Below are positions 9,377 through 16,863 of a DNA stretch of 60,991 nt, one piece after another. A program made the position numbers and the translations under genes. The notes under the pieces were generated by a model that did no database searches, had not been told where the DNA came from, and worked only from the letters and a program-made list of their open reading frames with translations. The number at the start of each line of letters is the position of its first letter. Position 1 is the stretch's first letter. This DNA is from an uncultured Clostridia bacterium (GTDB taxonomy: Bacteria; Bacillota; Clostridia; Christensenellales; Borkfalkiaceae): the NCBI GenBank assembly GCA_944341315.1, contig CALVLW010000056.1, forward strand, positions 1-60,991, given 5' to 3'.

Positions 9377-9535
9377 GTTTAGACTCCTGATTATATCAAG
9401 TTATACAAAAAGGCACAGATAAAGCCGTTAAAGACTTCATTTGTGCCTGAAAAATTCAGTACCCATCGGAATATCCCCTGCCGATTTCCGCAGCCGTATG
9501 TTGCGCCAAAGGTTGTGCCGGATTACCGTGCTTTA
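9377..9535 (-). promoter_or_regulatory. Long 5' leader with an intrinsic terminator (candidate riboswitch or attenuator) upstream of the Hint-lipoprotein gene
   Basis: The leader runs ~150 nt between the promoter and the RBS (CAGGAG). Hairpin AGGCACA (9442-9448 rc) / UGUGCCU (9411-9417 rc) is followed by UUUUUGU. An upstream competing hairpin is CUGAA-UUU-UUCAG. The class could not be assigned by eye. Confidence 0.5.
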
Positions 9536-9564
9536 ATTATAGCACCGCGGCATAAGCCTGTCAA
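9536..9564 (-). promoter_or_regulatory. Consensus sigma-A type promoter
   Basis: On the minus strand: TTGACA (9564-9559), a 17-nt spacer, then TGcTATAAT (-10 at 9541-9536). Confidence 0.75.
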
Positions 9565-9570
9565 CAGGCA

Positions 9571-9599
9571 AATAAAAAGCACGGGCGGAACGCCCGTGC
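9571..9599 (-). terminator. Intrinsic terminator after the DUF1538/PII operon
   Basis: GCACGGGCG-UUC-CGCCCGUGC followed by UUUUUAUU on the minus strand. Confidence 0.8.
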
Positions 9600-9618
9600 G
9601 TTACGTTTGCACGCATTT

Positions 9619-10392
9619 TTACTTTTCCGCAGTGCCGTCTTCGGAGTGCTTTTCTTCGAACGCGGCGCCTATCGCGCCCACGCCCACGGTGTTGTCTACG
9701 GGCAGGGCAAAGAGTATCCCGCCCGCCTCCGTTTTTAAGCCGGACGACTGCGAGAGCGCGTCCATTATTGCCATTTTACCCTCCCTGCGGGAGAGTATAA
9801 GCAGTATTTCGGTTTCTTCGTTTATGGAAATGCCGATGAACTGCTCCGCCTTGGCGTTGCCGAGCGAACGCGACCTTATAACGGTGCCGCCTGCGGCACC
9901 CGCGGCGCGGGCGGCTTCCATCGCTTCGTCGACGTAACCTTCCGCCACTATCGCAACTATCAGATCGTATTTGCGGTCTTTATCCTTCACGATATTCCTC
10001 CCGTAAACGAATTTTGCCGTTGCGGCGGAGCATATGCCGCCGGCGATTATTTCGGACACCGCCGAAAGCTGCACCGTGAACGAGATGCCCCTGCCGACGA
10101 GGTAGAGCGCCATTTTGTTTTCTATGCCGCTTAAAACGGCGTTTTCGTCGCTCTCCGGAACGAGCGAGAACATCACAGATTTTTCGCTTGTGCCTATGCC
10201 GAGATAGTTGAGCACGCTGCCGTGCGCCGTGCCCATGCCGGGGCAGGCAAACGCGAGCGCCACGGAAAAGTCGTTCATTATCCGGGCAAGGCGCTCTTCG
10301 TCGCCGCGGTTTACGATGCTTACCAGCAGTTTTGCCCTGTTGGGCAGCGGGCGTTCGGAACGCGCCGCGGGAAAGATGTTGCGGCCTGCCAT
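9619..10392 (-). CDS. Tandem P-II (GlnB-like) family protein
   Basis: There are two PII-like halves: KLLVSIVNRGDEERLARIM... and DLIVAIVAEGYVDEAMEAARAAGAAGGTVIRSRSLG. The start codon overlaps the stop of the upstream DUF1538 gene (ATGA at 10390-10394). Confidence 0.7.
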   Translation of the reverse strand: MAGRNIFPAARSERPLPNRAKLLVSIVNRGDEERLARIMNDFSVALAFACPGMGTAHGSVLNYLGIGTSEKSVMFSLVPESDENAVLSGIENKMALYLVGRGISFTVQLSAVSEIIAGGICSAATAKFVYGRNIVKDKDRKYDLIVAIVAEGYVDEAMEAARAAGAAGGTVIRSRSLGNAKAEQFIGISINEETEILLILSRREGKMAIMDALSQSSGLKTEAGGILFALPVDNTVGVGAIGAAFEEKHSEDGTAEK

Positions 10393-11921
10393 CAGCTCAC
10401 CTCGTACTGCACTATCCTGTCCTCCACGGCAAGGAAAGTGCGCTTTATTTTGCTAGTCCTGCGCCTGTAAATTATGCCGAACACCTGTATCACCACGAGC
10501 GGCATGAGCGCGACGAACGAAACGCAGCCGAACGCGTCCGTCATTATCGCAGACGCGGCGCCCTCGCCCGCGAGCACGCTGCACGCGCCTATCGCCATGG
10601 GCAGAACGAACGCCGAAACCATGGCGCCCGAAGCCACTCCGCCGGAGTCGAACGCGATACCCGTGAACAGCCTGGGCGTAAAAAACGTAAGCGTGAGCGC
10701 GGCAACGTATCCGGGCACGAGTATCCACATTATGTTTATGCCCGTTATGACGCGCAGCATGGCAAGCCCGAGCGCGCAGCAGACCGAAACGCCGAGCGCG
10801 AGCTTCATCGAGCGCGCCTTTATCGCGCCGGCGCTCATGCGCTCGACCTGTTTGTTGAGAACGTGCACGGCGGGTTCCGCCGCCACCACGAAGTAACCTA
10901 TCGCCATGCCGACGGGCACGAGCAGCCAGCCGCCCGCCACGCCGGCGAGCCGTTCGCCTATGACGGTGCCCATGGGAGCGAAACCCACGTTGGCGCCCGT
11001 TAAAAAGAACACGAGCCCGACAAAAGTTATTGCTATGCCTATGGCTATCCTTATCAGCTGGCGCTTGTGGAACACGCGCGTTACGAGCTGGAACAGCACG
11101 AAAAACGCCGCTATGGGGGCGAGCGCTATGCCCACCTCTTCGGCATACTGCCCGAGCCCGGGCAAAAATTCGAGGAACGCCTCGCCCGTGGTGCCTGAGA
11201 CCGCTCCGCCTTCGCCCGCGGAATAAACGATGCCCTGCGCGCCGCTTATTATGCCGAGCACGAGCACGGCGATGACCGGCCCTACGCTGGAGAGCGCGAC
11301 GAGACCGAAGGAGTCGTCCTTGCCCTCTTTATCGCTCCTTATCGAGGCAACGCCCACGCCGAGCGCCATTATGAACGGTACCGTCATAGGTCCCGTGGTA
11401 ACGCCGCCCGAATCGAACGCCACCGCCCAGAAGCTGGGATCCACGAATAAGAACGCGAGCAGGAAAGCTATCGCGTAAAAGGCGACCAGCAGCAGCGACA
11501 GCCTTACCTTTAAGACTATGCGCAGCATCGCCACGGCAAGGAATATGCCCACGCCCACGCCGACCGTTATTATGAGCACCCACCTGTCTATCGCGCCGGA
11601 GACGTAGCCCGCGAGTATCTGCAGATCGGGTTCGGCAACGGTGACTATTATGCCTATCACAAAAGACACGAGCGCGATCAGCCACACCTTGCGCGAATGG
11701 GTGACCACCGAACCTATCTTTTCGCCTATGACGAGCATGGACATGTCCGCGCCCATGTTGAACAGCGCGAGCCCCGCGACGAGCAGCGCCGTCCCGACGA
11801 GAAAGAGCACGAACTGAAACGTGCCCACGCCGAGGATGACGGCGAGCGCGAGTATTATCACCGCGACGGGCAGCACCGACGCGAACGATTCTTTAAGTTT
11901 GTCGGAAAAAGCGTTTTTCAT
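10392..11921 (-). CDS. DUF1538-family polytopic membrane protein (duplicated domain), putative transporter
   Basis: 509 aa with many TM helices. The N-terminus MKNAFSDKLKESFASVLPVAVIIL is typical of DUF1538. Recurrent FDSGGV(T/A)(T/S)G motifs occur in both halves. The pairing with a PII-like gene is conserved. Confidence 0.75.
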   Translation of the reverse strand: MKNAFSDKLKESFASVLPVAVIILALAVILGVGTFQFVLFLVGTALLVAGLALFNMGADMSMLVIGEKIGSVVTHSRKVWLIALVSFVIGIIVTVAEPDLQILAGYVSGAIDRWVLIITVGVGVGIFLAVAMLRIVLKVRLSLLLVAFYAIAFLLAFLFVDPSFWAVAFDSGGVTTGPMTVPFIMALGVGVASIRSDKEGKDDSFGLVALSSVGPVIAVLVLGIISGAQGIVYSAGEGGAVSGTTGEAFLEFLPGLGQYAEEVGIALAPIAAFFVLFQLVTRVFHKRQLIRIAIGIAITFVGLVFFLTGANVGFAPMGTVIGERLAGVAGGWLLVPVGMAIGYFVVAAEPAVHVLNKQVERMSAGAIKARSMKLALGVSVCCALGLAMLRVITGINIMWILVPGYVAALTLTFFTPRLFTGIAFDSGGVASGAMVSAFVLPMAIGACSVLAGEGAASAIMTDAFGCVSFVALMPLVVIQVFGIIYRRRTSKIKRTFLAVEDRIVQYEVS

Positions 11922-12054
11922 GTAAGTATCCGCAACGTAAATTCACGAAAATTATAGCATATATGCAGGCATTTTGTCAACGCCGTGCAGAACGCTTGTT
12001 GACAGCGGAGTGAATTCGTGATATATTTTATCTGAAAAAAAATTTTGCGTTCCG

Positions 12055-12086
12055 CCAACAATCCGGCGTTCACGGTTGTTATATAT
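12055..12086 (+). promoter_or_regulatory. Candidate ECF-type (autoregulated) promoter upstream of the sigma gene
   Basis: CCAACAA-N13-GTTGTTATATAT followed by RTRAAGGCG. The same motif with the same spacing occurs at 13860-13891. Confidence 0.55.
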
Positions 12087-12115
12087 ATAAAGGCGGAGCG
12101 TGCGGACGGAAAGAT

Positions 12116-12649
12116 ATGAACAGCGCCGTATTGGAAAAAAAGGTCGCCGAATACCGCGCGGGCAATGCCGCGGCGTTCGACTACATATACGAATGCACGA
12201 ACAGAACGGTGTATTTTGCCGCGCTGTACGTAGTGCGCGACAGGGCCGCCGCCGAGGACATAACGCAGGATACGTACCTGCGGGCGCTGGGCGCGCTGGA
12301 AAATTACGCCGCGGGTACCAACTTTGCCGCGTGGCTGGCGCGCATTGCCAGAAACCTGGCGCTCAATCACGTAAAAAAGCAGAGCCGCGAACAGACGACG
12401 GACTTTTGCGACGAGGCGGAAATAAGAAAATACGGCACGGGCGAAACGGAGCTGCCGTATATATTCGACGTTGCGGCAAAACTGCTTGCCGCGGACGAAT
12501 ACGAGATACTGATGCTGTGCCAGGTGGCGGGCTATAAGCGGCGCGAGGTGGCCGCAATGCTGGGCATGCCGACCGCCACCGTGACGTGGAAGAACAACGT
12601 TGCGATAAAGAAACTTAAAGAATACCTTAAAAAGGAGGGCGGACGATGA
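12116..12649 (+). CDS. RNA polymerase sigma-70 family factor, ECF-like
   Basis: Region 2 is DITQDTYLRAL...NFAAWLARIARNLALNHVKK. Region 4 HTH is YEILMLCQVAGYKRREVAAMLGMPTATVTWKNNVAIKKLK. 177 aa. Confidence 0.88.
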   Translation: MNSAVLEKKVAEYRAGNAAAFDYIYECTNRTVYFAALYVVRDRAAAEDITQDTYLRALGALENYAAGTNFAAWLARIARNLALNHVKKQSREQTTDFCDEAEIRKYGTGETELPYIFDVAAKLLAADEYEILMLCQVAGYKRREVAAMLGMPTATVTWKNNVAIKKLKEYLKKEGGR

Positions 12650-13779
12650 ACGTTAAAAAAATGCTTAAAGACGGCGCGAAACAGGTTCTGCCCGACGACA
12701 AGCTTAAAGAACAGATAAAATACCGCATGGGCATAGGCGGGGAGAGCGAAGCCGACCTCGGCGAAGTTAAGGCAAAGCGCAGGAACAGAACGGTAATAAT
12801 AACGAGCTGCGTGCTTGCGGCGGCGATAGCCGCGGGCGTGCTGATACCCGTACTTGCAAAACAGGGAACGCGTTCCCCCGCCTCCCCCTCCGATCCCGGC
12901 GGGATATTCGGCGAGCTGAACACGGCGGACGAAGTTTACGGATTTTCCGCCGCCTCCGCAATGATAATGCTGGGAGGCATGCAGGCGGACGGGATAGCGG
13001 CCGCAAGCGCGCTTTCCTCCGCGGACGGCGAAAACATCGAAAAGATAAACGCCTATATGCAGATGGCGGAAAGCCTTACCTCCGGCAAAGGTTATTCCGT
13101 TGCAGGCGGCGAAAACACGGACGGGAGCCGCGGATACGCTTACGTAATGCGCGTAAGTTATACCGACGCCCTCGGAAAGGACCGCGACGGCGGCACCATA
13201 TATTACGACAAGACTTTCGAAGAGGGCGAGTTCGAAGACGGCGAAAGCGAGGCCACCTATTCCCTTTCCGGGATAATGGTGACCGCCGAAGGCGAATATC
13301 CCGTCCGCGGCACGCACGAAAGCGAGAGCGAGAGCGGCGAAAGCGAGGAGCAATACGAGCTGCGCATAGACCTCGGCGGCGGCTACGTGATGACGGTGGA
13401 ACAGGAACACGAGAGCGAGACCGAAGACGGCGAAAGCGATACGGAGACGGAATATCGCTACACGTTATATAAAAAGGCGAGCGGCATGAGCGCGCGGCGC
13501 GACCGCGACGACGATGACGACGATGACGACGGGCTGCATGGATACGAACAGGTATTTTGCACGACCGCAGAATACGAGAGCGAAGAGGGCGAAACGGAGC
13601 TCGTGATAACCGTCTTGCGGGACGGCGAAGAGGAAACGTTCGAATTCGAGGCGGAAAAAGGCAGGATGCGCGTGCGGCTCAAAGGCCCCGCGGGCGAAGC
13701 GGAATACACCGTGCGCATAGAGGACGGGCAGTACGTTTATATGCGCGGCGGCGCCGAAGTGGGCCGCGAAGACAGGTAA
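12646..13779 (+). CDS. Putative anti-sigma/sensor membrane protein with a hyper-acidic extracytoplasmic domain
   Basis: The start overlaps the sigma stop (ATGA). It has a short cytoplasmic N-terminus, one TM helix (VIITSCVLAAAIAAGVLIPVLA), an acidic beta-strand-like ectodomain and a D8 run. It has no zinc-binding HxxxCxxC anti-sigma motif. Confidence 0.6.
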   Translation: MNVKKMLKDGAKQVLPDDKLKEQIKYRMGIGGESEADLGEVKAKRRNRTVIITSCVLAAAIAAGVLIPVLAKQGTRSPASPSDPGGIFGELNTADEVYGFSAASAMIMLGGMQADGIAAASALSSADGENIEKINAYMQMAESLTSGKGYSVAGGENTDGSRGYAYVMRVSYTDALGKDRDGGTIYYDKTFEEGEFEDGESEATYSLSGIMVTAEGEYPVRGTHESESESGESEEQYELRIDLGGGYVMTVEQEHESETEDGESDTETEYRYTLYKKASGMSARRDRDDDDDDDDGLHGYEQVFCTTAEYESEEGETELVITVLRDGEEETFEFEAEKGRMRVRLKGPAGEAEYTVRIEDGQYVYMRGGAEVGREDR

Positions 13780-13859
13780 ATACCGGCAGGCAACGAACGC
13801 CGCGCCGCACCGAAGTGCGGCGCGGCAATTTTTTTGCGGAAAAATTTTTTAAGATTTTT

Positions 13860-13891
13860 CCAACAAAAAGCGGTCCGGCGTTGTTATATAT
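13860..13891 (+). promoter_or_regulatory. Second copy of the candidate ECF-type promoter
   Basis: CCAACAA-N13-GTTGTTATATAT followed by GTGAAGGCG, 54 nt upstream of the lipoprotein ATG. The RBS is AAAGGAGA. Confidence 0.55.
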
Positions 13892-13944
13892 GTGAAGGCG
13901 CCCGAAAGGGAGCAAAAAATCCCGCAAAAAGGAGATAAGGAAAA

Positions 13945-14922
13945 ATGAAAAAACTTACTACGATCTTAACGGCAACGGCGATAGCCGCTACCCTTGCGAT
14001 AGGAACGGCGGCGTTCGCGGCGTGCGGAGGCGGCGGCAAAGCAAAGGACAAGCTGAGCGCGGACACCCCGCAGGAAGCTTACGGCTTTTCCGCGGCGACG
14101 GCGGGCATGGTCATATCGGGCATGGACGGCGGCGAAAAGAAGGCAAGCGCGATATCGCGCGGCATGAACGCGCAGGTGACCGACGAGCAGACGATAGCCG
14201 AACTTAACGGATATATGGCGCTCGTCGAAGGGCTGCTTGCCGACGGAGGCTTCGAGATAACGGACGGAGCCAACGGCGACGAAGCTTACGCGCAGTACGC
14301 AAACGCGATGACGGTGAGCTGCCCCTCGCTCGACGGCGAAAAGATAAGCTACACCACCTATTACAACAGCGAACTTAAAGGCAGCTTTACGGACCGCGAC
14401 GACGACGAACCTTGGGAGGACGAGGAGATAACCGAAGTTTACGCGGTGGAAGGCGTTATGCTGATAGACGGAGCCGCATATCCCCTGGAGGGCAGGTTCG
14501 TGAACGAGACCGAGGGCACGGAGAACGAAAACACTCACTACCTTAAAGTGCAGCTGGGCGGCGAAGGCGACTACCTGACCGTTACGCAGGAGAACGAGAA
14601 CGAAGACGACGAAACGGAAACGGAATACGTTTACACCGTATATTCCGGCGGCAGGGTGGCGGAACGCACCACGTTCGAATTCGAGAGCGAGCGCGGCGAA
14701 ACGGAGATAGCGATGAGCATAGACGACCGCGCGAACGGCAGGCAGAGCTACTTTGAATTGGAAAAAGAGACCGAACGCGGAAGAGAGACGATAAAGATAG
14801 AAGCCGACGGCCGCGAATACGTCGTGCGCACGGAGACGGACGAAAACGGCGGCACGCAGTACGTTTACTATTCCGAGGGCAACCGCGTGGGCCGCGGCGA
14901 CAGGCACGACCGCGACGACTGA
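13945..14922 (+). CDS. Acidic lipoprotein, paralogue of the anti-sigma ectodomain
   Basis: Lipobox AAFAA|C. It is collinear with 12646-13779: EAYGFSAATAGMVISGM vs EVYGFSAASAMIMLGGM, LNGYMALVEGL vs INAYMQMAESL, VQLGGEGDYLTVTQENE vs IDLGGGYVMTVEQEHE, and ETEYVYTVY vs ETEYRYTLY. Confidence 0.8.
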   Translation: MKKLTTILTATAIAATLAIGTAAFAACGGGGKAKDKLSADTPQEAYGFSAATAGMVISGMDGGEKKASAISRGMNAQVTDEQTIAELNGYMALVEGLLADGGFEITDGANGDEAYAQYANAMTVSCPSLDGEKISYTTYYNSELKGSFTDRDDDEPWEDEEITEVYAVEGVMLIDGAAYPLEGRFVNETEGTENENTHYLKVQLGGEGDYLTVTQENENEDDETETEYVYTVYSGGRVAERTTFEFESERGETEIAMSIDDRANGRQSYFELEKETERGRETIKIEADGREYVVRTETDENGGTQYVYYSEGNRVGRGDRHDRDD

Positions 14923-14954
14923 ACTTTGATATCCCCGCACATATCCCCGAACGA

Positions 14955-14981
14955 CGGAGCGGGCGGCTTTCAGCCGCCCGC
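14955..14981. terminator. Bidirectional hairpin between convergent genes
   Basis: GAGCGGGCGGC-TTTCA-GCCGCCCGCTC, lying between the lipoprotein stop and the sigE stop. Confidence 0.65.
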
Positions 14982-14983
14982 TC

Positions 14984-15679
14984 TTATATTTGCCTGCCTA
15001 TATCCTTTTTTAATTTGACTATTATCTTTTTTTCCAGGCGGGAGATATAGCTCTGCGAAATGCCGAGCGCGTCCGCCACGTCCTTCTGCGTCATCTCGTC
15101 GCCGCCGTCCAGCCCGAAGCGCATGCGCATTATCTTTTGTTCGCGCTGCGGCAGCCGCGAAAGCGCAGACCTGAGCAGTTCGCGCTCCACCCCTCCCTCT
15201 ATGTCGGAATACACCGCGTCGGCGTCCGTGCCCATCACGTCGGAGAGCAGCAGCTTGTTCCCCTCAAGATCGGTGTTGAGCGGCTCGTCGAAGCTTACCT
15301 CCTGCCTTATGCGCGACATCCTGCGCAGGTACATGAGTATCTCGTTTTCTATGCAGCGCGAAGCGTAAGTGGCGAGCTTTATGTTCTTTTCCGAGCGGAA
15401 GGAGTTTATCGCTTTTATCAGCCCTATCGTGCCCACGGAAACGAGGTCGTCGCCGTCCACGCCGGAATTTTCGAACTTTTTGGCTATGTAGACCACCAGC
15501 CGCAGATTGTGTTCGACGAGCGCCTCCTTTGCCTTTTCGTCGCCGCGTTCGAGGCGGGTTATCTTGTCGCTCTCCTCCTCCTGCGAAAAGGGCACGGGCA
15601 GCGCCTCGGTGCCGCATATGTAATCGAGGGTGTTGCCGCGAAAGAGGACAGACAGCAGTTTTTTAAGTTTTTCAAACAT
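14984..15679 (-). CDS. sigE: Sporulation sigma factor E (pro-sigma-E)
   Basis: Near-collinear with the B. subtilis SigE pattern: [51 protein letters not shown], and [23 protein letters not shown]. It lies directly downstream of spoIIGA. The start is at MFEKLKK (15679). Confidence 0.92.
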   Translation of the reverse strand: MFEKLKKLLSVLFRGNTLDYICGTEALPVPFSQEEESDKITRLERGDEKAKEALVEHNLRLVVYIAKKFENSGVDGDDLVSVGTIGLIKAINSFRSEKNIKLATYASRCIENEILMYLRRMSRIRQEVSFDEPLNTDLEGNKLLLSDVMGTDADAVYSDIEGGVERELLRSALSRLPQREQKIMRMRFGLDGGDEMTQKDVADALGISQSYISRLEKKIIVKLKKDIGRQI

Positions 15680-15699
15680 TTCGGCCACCTCCGTAAGGC

Positions 15700-16485
15700 T
15701 TAAAATTGTTCGGCAAGGTCGGGGTGGAGCACCGCCCTTGCGATGGGCTGCGGGCTTATCCCTATTTTTACACACTTTATTGTATGCACGCCGTCCGCCG
15801 TATATATCTCTATTTTGTCCGCGGTGAAAACTTTAAGCGTCCTGCTGCCGGCGACCGTGCGCACGGTGACGCGCTCCCCCGCCTCTTCCTCCCGCGCAAG
15901 TTTTTCCGCCGCCTGCGGTGAGATGACGCTTACGGGCACGCCGCCCGAATACACCCTGTTGCCGCTGTCGAAAAAGGCGGGCAGTTTTACGCACCTGCCG
16001 TGCAGGAACACCGCGCACGAAACGGCGCCGGCCGCGCGCGCGGCCAGCCTGCGCGAAAGCGCCCTGCACCCCGCCGCCAGCAGAAAGACCGCAAGGGCGG
16101 GTATGCCAACGGGCACAGACGAAACGATATAACCGCCGCCCTCGGCGAGATCCCATCCGGCAAGCGAAAACAGGGCGAACACCGCGCCGCCCGCGAGCAG
16201 GCTGACGCCGAAGAACGCAGCCGCGAACTTTAAGTAAGGTTTTATCCCCGCAGGCCTGCACGCGACCGCGGCAAGCGCCAGCCCCGACAGCATTTTTACC
16301 GCGACGGCAAGCGCGCCCGTCAGCGGCAGCAGCGGAAAGAGCACGGCAAAGCACGCGCCGAACGCCGACGCGACGGCTATGCGGCGGTAACCGCACGGAG
16401 CTTTTACGAGCAGCTTTGCGCAAGAAAGCAGCGTGAAGTCCATGCAGAAGTTTTCGGCGAGCGCGAGCTCCACATATACCTGCAT
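15700..16485 (-). CDS. spoIIGA: Sigma-E processing peptidase SpoIIGA
   Basis: N-terminal membrane domain ([20 protein letters not shown]) and a C-terminal aspartic protease motif FFDSGN. The start was set at 16485. The upstream extension of the ORF is Arg-rich. Confidence 0.88.
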   Translation of the reverse strand: MQVYVELALAENFCMDFTLLSCAKLLVKAPCGYRRIAVASAFGACFAVLFPLLPLTGALAVAVKMLSGLALAAVACRPAGIKPYLKFAAAFFGVSLLAGGAVFALFSLAGWDLAEGGGYIVSSVPVGIPALAVFLLAAGCRALSRRLAARAAGAVSCAVFLHGRCVKLPAFFDSGNRVYSGGVPVSVISPQAAEKLAREEEAGERVTVRTVAGSRTLKVFTADKIEIYTADGVHTIKCVKIGISPQPIARAVLHPDLAEQF

Positions 16486-16602
16486 GCACCGATTATACCG
16501 CCGCGGCATGCGCGCGGCGCGTCGAATCTTGCCGCAAAATCGGACGGGAGCACGAAAAAGCCTCCCTTGCGGGAGGCGGTATGCAGGCCGAAAAACGCGC
16601 AT

Positions 16603-16828
16603 AAACGAAAAGCGCGCCCGCCGGGCGCGCCGGGGGTGCGTTGCAACACGATTACATCCGCCTGTGCCGTGATATGAAAAGGTTTAACCCGGATCTCCCA
16701 GGTGGGTGCGGCGAAGCGCCACGTCGGACTTTCCGAATACACAGACCTTGCCTATTGACGCGAACGGCCGCTCCCTAAAACATATTCAGTGGATTACGCG
16801 ATTTTCATACCACGAACACCGCAGACCT
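16603..16828 (-). ncRNA. Structured small RNA, rod-shaped, 6S RNA-like (family not confirmed)
   Basis: It has its own promoter and terminator. The terminator is GCGCGCCC-GGC-GGGCGCGC followed by UUUUCGUUU. The 5' end (GUCUGCGGUGUUCGUGGUAUGAAAA) pairs with the 3' end (UUUUCAUAUCACGGCACAGGCGGAU) over ~23 bp. That stem includes 4 G-U pairs, which form only on the minus strand. Inside are an AU-rich internal bubble and the inner stems GGGAGCGGC/GCCGCACCC and CGCGUC/GACGUG. Confidence 0.55.
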
Positions 16829-16834
16829 GATATC

Positions 16835-16863
16835 ATTATACCATCGCACGGCGGCAATTGCAA
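16835..16863 (-). promoter_or_regulatory. Sigma-A type promoter of the small RNA
   Basis: TTGCAA (16863-16858), a 17-nt spacer, then TGgTATAAT (-10 at 16840-16835) on the minus strand. Confidence 0.7.

Noticed and set aside
8783-9470. The AT-rich island as an insertion sequence or prophage remnant.
   Set aside because: It has no transposase or integrase, no terminal inverted or direct repeats, and no adjacent tRNA. The island lies within a single continuous ORF and its leader.
13480-13530. GAC/GAT triplet runs (also 42780-42960 and 45880-46140) as CRISPR-like or non-coding tandem repeats.
   Set aside because: They are in-frame poly-Asp/Glu coding tracts inside ORFs. There is no repeat-spacer periodicity and there are no cas genes.
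16690-16730. The plus-strand AGGTGGGTGCGGCG, which looks like a T-box sequence upstream of aspS.
   Set aside because: It lies ~280 nt from the ATG, with no Stem I features and no terminator after it. The helices in this region contain G-U pairs only on the minus strand, where a promoter and terminator bracket them.
16603-16828. RNase P RNA (because of GGAAAGUCCGA), SRP RNA or tmRNA as the identity of the small RNA.
   Set aside because: It is too short for RNase P and lacks the P4 ACAGAA..GGCUUA element. It has no GGAAGCAGC SRP domain IV motif, and no tRNA-like GGUUCGAUUCC end.
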